Origin: an uncultured virus (IMG/VR IMGVR_UViG_3300006919_000002) | Lineage: Duplodnaviria; Heunggongvirae; Uroviricota; Caudoviricetes | Virus record (IMG/VR): IMGVR_UViG_3300006919_000002 | Length of the DNA stretch: 20,000 bases | Direction: 5' to 3' (one strand) | Shown: positions 8,601-16,553 of the stretch, one piece after another | How positions within the stretch are numbered: position 1 is the stretch's first letter | How the letters are laid out: each line of letters begins with the position of its first letter | Position numbers and translations under genes: made by a program | The notes under the pieces: model-generated | The model's input: only the letters and a program-made list of their open reading frames with translations | Databases searched by the model: none | What the model was told of the DNA's origin: nothing

Positions 8601-11166
8601 AATTAGACTCGATTTTATTCCTATTGATTTGCCATTAACTCCTTTAGGTAGTCATAAAGATCCTTATATCATAGGTTGGCAAAACAAACCATTTACAAAA
8701 GATGAAATCGAAGTAGAACTTTTATCAGGTCGTTGCAAAGCAGTTGGTCTTATGTCAGGCCCTGTTTACAACAAACCCTACGGTTTGGTTTGGGTGGATG
8801 TTGATGGATCTAGTGTTTATTCATTAGTTACTGATTTAGCAAAACAAAAAGATTTCGACAAAGCATTACCACCAACTTTAACTATTTGCAGTGGTAAGCC
8901 GGGCCGTGAAAGAAAATTATATAAAGTTTCTAGAGATCAACAAAAAGTTTTTACTAGAAATAAATACGTCTGGTACGCAAACGAAAGCAAAGAAAAACTA
9001 GAAGTTCTTTGGTCCCGCCACCAGGGGGTGTTGATGGGTTTACATCCAGAAACTGATGGTTATTACACAGCTTCTGAAATGGGATTTGAATTAATAAACT
9101 CTTTGCCTGATCTTCCCGAATGGTTATACGCAGCTATTACAAATAAAAATGTTAAGCAAGGTGTTCCCGCTAAACAAATCACACGTCATATTGGTCCAAC
9201 ATTTGCTGTTAATTGTGAAATTGGTTTAGAAAAAGACATACAAGATGCTATTCAGGCCATGTGGGAAGTGGTCTCTGTTGGTGTTGATGATTATGACATC
9301 TGGATTGCTGTTGGCCAAAGTTTGCATAGTGTTGACGATAGCCTTTTAGACGTATGGGACGAGTGGTCAAAACAATCTGATAAATATAAAGAAGGTGAAT
9401 GTTATAAAAAATGGATATCTTTTGAAAAAGGTAATGGTAGAACATTAAAAACAATATTCCATTACGCAAAAGAATTTGGAGGCTGGAAGCCGCCACAAGA
9501 TTATAAAGCTCTGCCCATTGATGACAAAGATCTTGATCGTTTATCTAAATTATCTGACATGGCTGAAGTATTAGAACAAGTTCATCTTGAAGAAAATAAT
9601 CTTAAGGTCACCAGTAAACCTAAAGAAGGTACAGGTAAAAGACAACGACCAAGAAATTCTTCTTCCAATGAAATTACTGAGTTGTTATTACAAATCTACA
9701 AAGGTAATTTGCAGTACAGCCAGCAAGAAAATGCATTCTTAATGTACGAATATAAATCAAAAGGACTGTGGTCTAAGCTTTCTGATATTGAAATCAAAGG
9801 AAGTGTTAAGCAGAATTTAGAACTGTTGAAAGGTAGTCTGCCAAATGGTTATGGCATGAATATGATCAATGATGTTGTTGAGCAACTCAAAATTAGTTTG
9901 GTATTTGAAGATTGGTATGAAGATAAAGATTTACTTTTATTTACTAATGGCATATTAGATGTTGACACAAAAGAATTTTTTGATTTTAATCGTGATCTTT
10001 ATTTGACTCAACAATTGCCTTATGACTACGATCCAAACGTAGATTGTGAACCTATTATTCAATGGCTTAAAAACACACAAGAAAACAGTTGGGGTCGCAC
10101 TCAAGTCTTAAGAGCTTGGCTTCGTGCAGTTCTCTTGGGTCATTCAGAGATTCAAAAATTTGTTGAAATCGTTGGTCCAGGTAAGTCTGGTAAGTCTACT
10201 TATTCCAACCTTGCACATGCATTAGTTGGAGATGAAAATGCAATGATCTCTAGTCTTGAACATTTAGAAAAAAATAGATTTGAAACTTCTAATTTGTATA
10301 AGAAAAAACTTCTTTTGTTTAATGATGTTGAACGTTATGGTGGTTCCGTTTCTATCCTGAAAGCTATCACAGGTGGAGATTTAATTCGTAATGAAAGAAA
10401 GTTTCAAAGTAATTCACAAAAGCCATTTAAATTTAATGGCCTTGTAATTATTACCGCTAATGAGCCTATCCAAACTACTGACCCAACTTCTGGTTTGGCT
10501 CGTCGTCGTTTGACTTTACCATTTGATAGACCATTCAAAGGTTCTTCTGCAGAACAAAAAACTCTTATTGATATGGATGATAAAGGTCGTCCGTTCGGTG
10601 AGTTTGCTCCTTTGTTACCAGGTCTTGTTAATTGGTTACTTGATATGAGCGCAGATGAAATGCGCGAATATCTGATGGAAACAAATAAAAAAGTTCCTTT
10701 CTTTGCTAAACACCATCGTGAACAAATTCTTAAGTCCAATCAAATTATGGATTGGATGAGCCACTGTTTAATCTTTGATCCTGGTGTTTCCAGTGCAGTT
10801 GGTTTAGCTAAGTTTGCACCTGGTGGTACTGATATCGTTTATAAAAATTCTGATAAGTGGTTGTATGCCAGCTATTGTGAGTTTTCTCGTGGTAGCAATA
10901 CAAACATACTTGGCCGTAGCAGATTTGAATCTTTGCTTTTAGATATCTGTATCCATCAACTAGATTTAAATGTTTATAAAATGCCGACAGGAAGAGGCTT
11001 TAGAGTTAATAACATTGCTCCTAGGGCAAGCAATGGGGAAAAATACAAAGATTTTCCTTCTATTATTGAAGTTGGTTTAAATAAAGAAAAGTGGATTAGT
11101 ATGTATGGAGAAACTCTTTTTAATAAGAGCAATCAAAATATAGAAGCACCCGAGGAAGAATTTTGA
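8563..11166 (+). CDS. bifunctional primase-polymerase / PriCT-2 / D5_N / SF3 helicase (P4-alpha/D5-like)
   Basis: Prim-pol WVDVDG and HPET; PriCT-2 DYDIWIAVGQSLH..WDEWSKQSDKY; D5_N LLFTNGILD; Walker A GPGKSGKST; motif C IITANE. Confidence 0.93.
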   Translation: MTNQNQQALKPGEIRLDFIPIDLPLTPLGSHKDPYIIGWQNKPFTKDEIEVELLSGRCKAVGLMSGPVYNKPYGLVWVDVDGSSVYSLVTDLAKQKDFDKALPPTLTICSGKPGRERKLYKVSRDQQKVFTRNKYVWYANESKEKLEVLWSRHQGVLMGLHPETDGYYTASEMGFELINSLPDLPEWLYAAITNKNVKQGVPAKQITRHIGPTFAVNCEIGLEKDIQDAIQAMWEVVSVGVDDYDIWIAVGQSLHSVDDSLLDVWDEWSKQSDKYKEGECYKKWISFEKGNGRTLKTIFHYAKEFGGWKPPQDYKALPIDDKDLDRLSKLSDMAEVLEQVHLEENNLKVTSKPKEGTGKRQRPRNSSSNEITELLLQIYKGNLQYSQQENAFLMYEYKSKGLWSKLSDIEIKGSVKQNLELLKGSLPNGYGMNMINDVVEQLKISLVFEDWYEDKDLLLFTNGILDVDTKEFFDFNRDLYLTQQLPYDYDPNVDCEPIIQWLKNTQENSWGRTQVLRAWLRAVLLGHSEIQKFVEIVGPGKSGKSTYSNLAHALVGDENAMISSLEHLEKNRFETSNLYKKKLLLFNDVERYGGSVSILKAITGGDLIRNERKFQSNSQKPFKFNGLVIITANEPIQTTDPTSGLARRRLTLPFDRPFKGSSAEQKTLIDMDDKGRPFGEFAPLLPGLVNWLLDMSADEMREYLMETNKKVPFFAKHHREQILKSNQIMDWMSHCLIFDPGVSSAVGLAKFAPGGTDIVYKNSDKWLYASYCEFSRGSNTNILGRSRFESLLLDICIHQLDLNVYKMPTGRGFRVNNIAPRASNGEKYKDFPSIIEVGLNKEKWISMYGETLFNKSNQNIEAPEEEF

Positions 11167-11534
11167 AAAACGGCAAGCATCTTATTTTAGATATTCATGG
11201 CTGTGACCCTGAAATTTTAAATGACTATGATCGTCTTGAGTGTATCATGTACGAAGCATTGAATTTAATAGGCGCAAAACTTTTAAGGTTGATTGGGGAA
11301 AAATTTGATCCTCAAGGTGTAACCTTATTAGCTTTGCTTGCTGAGTCTCATTGCTCTATTCATACTTGGCCTGAATACAATTTTGCAGCTATTGATTTGT
11401 ATACTTGTGGTAAAGATTTTGATCCAGTTGCTATCAAAGATATGTTTAAACAAAAATTAAATTCAACCACAGATGAAGAAAAAGATATGGGTTTATTTAT
11501 TGAACGTCCTTTTCAGATTTCAGAGCTTCTTTAA
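11163..11534 (+). CDS. speD: S-adenosylmethionine decarboxylase proenzyme (pyruvoyl-dependent, class 1B)
   Basis: GKHLILD, FDPQGVT, LLAESHCSIHTWPE self-cleavage motif and AIDLYTCG; TTG start overlapping the primase stop. Confidence 0.92.
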   Translation: MKNGKHLILDIHGCDPEILNDYDRLECIMYEALNLIGAKLLRLIGEKFDPQGVTLLALLAESHCSIHTWPEYNFAAIDLYTCGKDFDPVAIKDMFKQKLNSTTDEEKDMGLFIERPFQISELL

Positions 11535-11540
11535 TGGTCA

Positions 11541-11639
11541 TTTTATCGCAATAGTTGATATACGGCTTTTATCGGAATAGTTGATATACGGCTTTTATCG
11601 GAATAGTTGATATACGGCTTTTATCGGAATAGTTGATAT
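11541..11639 (+). repeat. 26-bp tandem repeat, TTTTATCGGAATAGTTGATATACGGC x3.8
   Basis: Units at 11541 (1 mismatch), 11567, 11593 and 11619 (partial). Confidence 0.95.
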
Positions 11640-11698
11640 CGCATTATGGCACATTTTTTTTAAAAAATGAGTATAGTATTTGAAGTTAATTAAAACAA

Positions 11699-12958
11699 AT
11701 GGTTGATACCAAATCTAAACTTCTTTGGATTGGTGATGTAGTAGCAACTACTGGTTTTGCCAGGGTTTCTGAAAATGTTCTTAAACGACTAAAGGAAACT
11801 GGTAATTACGAAATTCATGTGCTTGGTTGTAATTGGCACGGTGATACAACTCCTCTTCAACAAGAGTATTATTTATATCCGGCATCCAACAGGTTTCAAC
11901 AAGCTCCTTTTGGTGAAGATCGCATTCGAGAAATTGTTGAACGCATTAAACCAGATGTTATCTGTACTATTAATGACATCTGGATTATCAATGAACAATG
12001 GAAACGTATTCAAGATTTAAAAGAACAACTTAAATTTAAATTCGTGGGCTACTATCCCATGGATTCTTATGAATGGTATGCAGGATTGCTAGATACCATT
12101 AATAACTGGGACGCTGCTGTTTGTTATACCGAATTTGGAGCACAAGAAACAATTAATGCAGGCTTCCAAAAGCCTGTCACTGTGATCCCCCATGGTTTAA
12201 CTCAAAACCAATTCTTTCCTATTGACAAAAAAGAAGCAAGAAAAAAACTTGGTTTAAACGAAGATGATTTTATTGTCTTCAATGGTAACCGTAATCAATT
12301 CCGCAAACGAATTGATATTACGATTAGTGCATTTGCTAAGTTTGCTGTTGGTCGTCCTGATACCAAACTTTATCTTCACATGGGGATGAAAGATATGGGT
12401 TGGGATGTCATGCCATTATTTAAACGAGAAATGGCAAGACAAGGTTTGGATGCCAACAACAGAATTATTATGACTACTCCCCAGGGGGGTGCTCCTGCTG
12501 TTCCTTTTGAACTGCTTAACGTGATTTACAACACAGCTGATGTAGGGGTAAACACCTGTAAAGGAGAGGGTTGGGGCCTTGTTAATTTTGAGCATGCAGC
12601 CTGTAAGGTCGCCCAGATCGTTCCTGACCATACCTCATGCAAAGAGATCTTTGATGGTACGGGAGAGCTAATTCGATCGCTCCATTGGGACGTAGACACG
12701 AACCTTGGACGCATCATGCCTTGTCCAGACGATAACCATCTGGCTGAAATTCTGGGCACCTATTACGAAAACAGAGAGTTGTTGGCTCAGGTCGGCCAGG
12801 CTTGCTTCGATCGCGTGACCGATATTCAATTTGATTGGGAGACTGTCGCGTCTCAATTTGATGAGGTCTTCCAGGAAGTATTGAAAGTGGAAGAGAAAGC
12901 TAAGCCAAAAATCATTAAACCTAAAAAGAAAATGGAAAAGGTCGCACTCGGAGTCTGA
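11699..12958 (+). CDS. GT-B fold glycosyltransferase, family GT4
   Basis: TGFARV, VIPHG, NRNQFRKRID and EGWGLVNFE (EX7E) motifs. Confidence 0.9.
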   Translation: MVDTKSKLLWIGDVVATTGFARVSENVLKRLKETGNYEIHVLGCNWHGDTTPLQQEYYLYPASNRFQQAPFGEDRIREIVERIKPDVICTINDIWIINEQWKRIQDLKEQLKFKFVGYYPMDSYEWYAGLLDTINNWDAAVCYTEFGAQETINAGFQKPVTVIPHGLTQNQFFPIDKKEARKKLGLNEDDFIVFNGNRNQFRKRIDITISAFAKFAVGRPDTKLYLHMGMKDMGWDVMPLFKREMARQGLDANNRIIMTTPQGGAPAVPFELLNVIYNTADVGVNTCKGEGWGLVNFEHAACKVAQIVPDHTSCKEIFDGTGELIRSLHWDVDTNLGRIMPCPDDNHLAEILGTYYENRELLAQVGQACFDRVTDIQFDWETVASQFDEVFQEVLKVEEKAKPKIIKPKKKMEKVALGV

Positions 12959-12988
12959 TCTTTTTATAATCCGCTGGGTACTGGGGCG

Positions 12989-13022
12989 AGGGTTGATGGG
13001 CATCCATCAGCCCTTTTTTTTT
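12989..13022 (+). terminator. rho-independent terminator
   Basis: AGGGTTGATGG-GCAT-CCATCAGCCCT stem (one G-U pair) with a T9 tract. Confidence 0.85.
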
Positions 13023-13031
13023 GCCCATCAG

Positions 13032-13223
13032 TGCAGACTTGCAGACTTTTAGCCCTTTTTATCCTAACCGTGACGTTCCGTACATTAACAAAATAGTGTA
13101 CTGTTGAAAAGATGCGTCCCTTTTGTATATTTAATTGTGTTAAAAAATTTCCCGTACAATATCTTTTTAATGTACGGAAGACTACACTAAAGAAAAATTA
13201 CCCCCAAAGTCTGCATCTCTGCA
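13032..13223. repeat. large imperfect inverted repeat with nested palindromes; candidate replication origin
   Basis: Blocks symmetric about 13127.5: 13032-37/13218-23, 13040-49/13206-15, 13076-88/13167-79 and 13097-101/13154-58. Confidence 0.75.
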
Positions 13224-13885
13224 TGGCCAACCTCCACAGAATCTCTCAATCCTTGTCTTATGAGACTAATTTTCGTTATGATCCTGGAATGGCCACCAAA
13301 TCTGAAGAAGAACTAAAGGCTTTGGGGTTTTACCAGGGCTTTCCGTGCGCTCATGGACACACCATCAGAAGCCTGGAAAAGCATTGGTGTTACTTTTGCG
13401 TGCAAAAAATTCTTTCCAATACTTGTGGATTTGATATTAATTATTTACATTCTTCTTATAAATGGAAATACCAAAAACTCTGGCGGCTTGTTGAAATTAA
13501 TTCTTTTAAAGAATGCTGGGAAATTAAAAGCGATAGTGTTTACCTTCCAGAAAGGGTTAAGATGCCTTCCTATAGAAGTGAATACAGTAGAGATCTTTGT
13601 GAAAATATGAACCTACACAAAGCAATTTATCAATGTGCCTGGGGAGATATTGGTAAATATAGAGTAACAAAAACCTGTGGTAACTCCAGATGTGCTAATC
13701 CTTTGCATTTAATTTCTTCTTGGAATCGTACATTACCACCTAAAACAATTAATCAAATGGTTTTAGATTTTGATGCTCAAAAATTAATGGTATACGCTAA
13801 CAATAAAGAAGATATTGATTTGTCAATGCAAGGAATGAAAATGAATATAGCTAATCCTTTGGAGCATAAGAACATTGCAGAATAG
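13223..13885 (+). CDS. zinc-finger plus HNH/His-Me-finger-like protein, probably catalytically degenerate (start ATG13223 or ATG13289)
   Basis: PCAHGH..CYFC finger; ECWE, LHKAIY and VTKTCGNSRCANPLHL. Confidence 0.75.
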   Translation: MANLHRISQSLSYETNFRYDPGMATKSEEELKALGFYQGFPCAHGHTIRSLEKHWCYFCVQKILSNTCGFDINYLHSSYKWKYQKLWRLVEINSFKECWEIKSDSVYLPERVKMPSYRSEYSRDLCENMNLHKAIYQCAWGDIGKYRVTKTCGNSRCANPLHLISSWNRTLPPKTINQMVLDFDAQKLMVYANNKEDIDLSMQGMKMNIANPLEHKNIAE

Positions 13886-13920
13886 TAAAATAGAAATAAT
13901 GATTTAAATATTTAAAATAA

Positions 13921-14634
13921 ATGCCTCGTTTATCTACTGCACAAAGACAAAGAACACAAAACAATCCATTAACTCTTGGTCCCTTTAATCAGTTATCTAT
14001 ACGTTTACTCACTGGTACTCTCGGGCCTGTTAATAAAGTCGTTCCCAACGGCTATGGCGGAGGTTCTTATAATCATTGGTTTCGTATTGATATTGCATCA
14101 CCTGCATGGATTATTCTTGCCAAAGGGGGGCAAAAGAAAAAATATCTCGACCTTTCTGTTTATGATTTAAATTTAGTTCCTATTGCAAGTCGAGGAATAT
14201 TTGATCGAGATAGTGTCCAAGAAATAGAAAATGGTACTGTTTATTATCCCTATGAAGGACAAGTAATGAGTGCAGGTTCTGATTTATATAATAACTTTGA
14301 TAGGTTAAGACTTGATGGCGGAGATGATCGTTATTTTCCCTTGCAAACAGGTGGTTATTTATTATGTATTTCATCAACAAGAAATGAAAAACTTGACTAC
14401 GAAGTAGGTATGGTTGTTGAATTTCCTGCTACAACTTTTGATTTAATACTTGAAAACTTTGATAAATTTATTTTTGAAAATGGTGATTACATAAAAGCAG
14501 ATACTGATCCTGGTTATGTAGAGTTAGATAGACATAACCATTCTTTGTCTGAATGGAAGACTGCTTGGGAAAGAGAACACCAACAAACACATCCTTTTCC
14601 TGCTATCTTGTTACCATATGCGACTAGACCGTGA
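13921..14634 (+). CDS. hypothetical protein with a possible PPC-like beta domain
   Basis: HWFRIDI..DLSVYD..LQTGGYLLCISS pattern. Confidence 0.7.
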   Translation: MPRLSTAQRQRTQNNPLTLGPFNQLSIRLLTGTLGPVNKVVPNGYGGGSYNHWFRIDIASPAWIILAKGGQKKKYLDLSVYDLNLVPIASRGIFDRDSVQEIENGTVYYPYEGQVMSAGSDLYNNFDRLRLDGGDDRYFPLQTGGYLLCISSTRNEKLDYEVGMVVEFPATTFDLILENFDKFIFENGDYIKADTDPGYVELDRHNHSLSEWKTAWEREHQQTHPFPAILLPYATRP

Positions 14635-14637
14635 GTG

Positions 14638-15075
14638 ATGAGTTACAGAATAAAACGCAAAAAGATAACTCAATCAATAAAAATAAATCAGAAACAATTT
14701 ATCAAGCTGCGCTTAATTCCATGGGTGAGGACGACGAATGGTTGTGTGTGGTTAGTCAGCATGGCCGTTTGCCGATCCAAAAGACAAGTAAACGATTGGA
14801 TGCAAGAAAGAAAAAACAAAAGAAGCCGTCAATTGAGATTGAATTTGACAGGTAAAGAAGCTATGAAATTACAATTAATAGGCGTAAAAATTTTACGTGA
14901 GTGGATTAATTTAATACCTGCGGGAGATTCTTTGGCTTTTAGGTGTGACTCAGCAAAAAAAGAAAAACAATTTCGTATTTGGAAAAAATGGTTCCAAAAG
15001 AATGAAGATTCCAACTGGATAATTAAAGAAGATATAAAAACATTTTTTTACTATAAACCAATGCATATAGAATAA
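14638..15075 (+). CDS. hypothetical basic protein
   Basis: ORF immediately after the previous stop. Confidence 0.65.
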   Translation: MSYRIKRKKITQSIKINQKQFIKLRLIPWVRTTNGCVWLVSMAVCRSKRQVNDWMQERKNKRSRQLRLNLTGKEAMKLQLIGVKILREWINLIPAGDSLAFRCDSAKKEKQFRIWKKWFQKNEDSNWIIKEDIKTFFYYKPMHIE

Positions 15076-15094
15076 AAGAGTGTATGGTATTTTT

Positions 15095-15259
15095 ATGGAA
15101 CATTTAAATCAGTATTTAGAAGCATTGTTAGCAGTACATGCAACTGCCAGTGTTATTACTGCTTTAACGCCTACTCCCAAAGATGATGCGTTAGTTTCAA
15201 AATTTTATAAAATTTTAGAAACTATTGCACTTGTTGTTGGTAAGGCCAAACAACGTTAA
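15095..15259 (+). CDS. holin-like small membrane protein, 54 aa (MEHLNQYLEALLAVHATASVITALTPTPKDDALVSKFYKILETIALVVGKAKQR)
   Basis: Manual translation; hydrophobic helix, TPTPKDD motif and basic C-terminus; near the endolysin. Confidence 0.65.
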   Translation: MEHLNQYLEALLAVHATASVITALTPTPKDDALVSKFYKILETIALVVGKAKQR

Positions 15260-15417
15260 TTTTCAACAGGTTGAAACCAAAAAACAACACCTCCTTGTTC
15301 ATCAACCCATTGTTTTGTAGCGTAAGCCTTGTCTTTATCAAGGGTTACGCATTTTTTTTCTTTTCCTACTTCCCAACAAATATTTACTTTGATTGGTTTA
15401 TCTTTTTTAGGTTTCAT
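15256..15417 (-). CDS. hypothetical protein (MKPKKDKPIKVNICWEVG...)
   Basis: ATG15417 overlaps the endolysin 3' end. Confidence 0.6.
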   Translation of the reverse strand: MKPKKDKPIKVNICWEVGKEKKCVTLDKDKAYATKQWVDEQGGVVFWFQPVEN

Positions 15418-16525
15418 TTTTTTTAACAAGTAATGCCCAACCAGTACCATTGCCATCGCATTCCCATCTTTTTAACCAATTTTTTCGACTGTAAGAAATA
15501 GCTTTTCCAGCAGCATAATCAGTATTGATATATCCTCCATTAATCATATCAGCATCGCCATAAGGATCATGATGAATAAAATTATCTTTGTCAAAACCAA
15601 TCACACAGGTCCAATGCCCACCTCCTTGAGGTTTAGAAACAGGACCTTTGTGTAACCAACCAACTGCTACTGGTCGTTTATTTCTAATTTCATTTTCAAG
15701 TACCGCAGGATTTCCATTAGTAATAAATTTTGCGTTTAATCCTAATTGTTGTAATGTTTTTACTTGTGCAACATATTCAGTTGAATCTCCATGCTTGCTT
15801 CTAATGTGGTTATACTCATCATCAGTATCAATAACGCCATAATAACGTGCAATCATGGCACAAGTAGAAGAAAAACATTCTCTAAAGCCAGTACCTGATT
15901 TGTTGTCTAATTGATATTCATAAGGAATGTCTAAAACTAATTCATTTATAACATTTTCTAAGTTGCAGCCAGGTACCTGCAACTGTTTGTCCATTATTTG
16001 AATTAATTTTTTTGAATAATCTGGATCAGTTGCATAGCCTTCTTGCACTAATAATTCAGCGCATTCATTTCTATTTTTTGCTCTATTAACTCCTTTATAG
16101 CCTTTGTAATCTTTATACCATCTGTTTACCAAGTAGTTTACGCATTCGTCTAATGAATCAAAATTTAAAAACCCATCTTTAATAGTAATCCATTTATTAT
16201 CAATAAATTCATTTGTTATACAGTCTGATCCACCAGGGCCTTTTAATCCAAAGTAGTTGTGTTGACCTGAAACATGTTGTCCCCATCCAGATTCTAGAGC
16301 CCATTGAGCAGCTACGCATTCTGGATAGATAGCACCTGCTTTTTCAGCTGAGTTAAAGACTGCATCCCAGCTATTGTCATCAGTATTATTTTTTGTTTCT
16401 CTATATTTAGATGCAAAAATATTTAAAATTTCAGGCGATACTTTAGTTTGTAGCCAATTCCATGCATCAATCTGATGCTGTTCAGCAGTATAATACTTGG
16501 CAGCATCAGTGAATTTAATTGTCAT
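15407..16525 (-). CDS. endolysin: GH73 glucosaminidase plus C39-like cysteine peptidase
   Basis: ALESGWG, NYFGLKG and GYATDPDY (GH73); ECFSSTCAM, GGGHW and HDPYG (Cys-His-Asp); cyanobacterial-type N-terminus DAAKYY..HQIDAWNWLQ. Confidence 0.88.
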   Translation of the reverse strand: MTIKFTDAAKYYTAEQHQIDAWNWLQTKVSPEILNIFASKYRETKNNTDDNSWDAVFNSAEKAGAIYPECVAAQWALESGWGQHVSGQHNYFGLKGPGGSDCITNEFIDNKWITIKDGFLNFDSLDECVNYLVNRWYKDYKGYKGVNRAKNRNECAELLVQEGYATDPDYSKKLIQIMDKQLQVPGCNLENVINELVLDIPYEYQLDNKSGTGFRECFSSTCAMIARYYGVIDTDDEYNHIRSKHGDSTEYVAQVKTLQQLGLNAKFITNGNPAVLENEIRNKRPVAVGWLHKGPVSKPQGGGHWTCVIGFDKDNFIHHDPYGDADMINGGYINTDYAAGKAISYSRKNWLKRWECDGNGTGWALLVKKNET

Positions 16526-16553
16526 CTCTATTCCTTATCTCATCAATATTATA

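Noticed and set aside
11541..11639. CRISPR array
   Set aside because: Repeats are contiguous with no unique spacers; no cas operon
13112..13222. N-terminal part of ORF 13112-13885
   Set aside because: Runs through the inverted-repeat array and is not protein-like; later ATGs are more plausible
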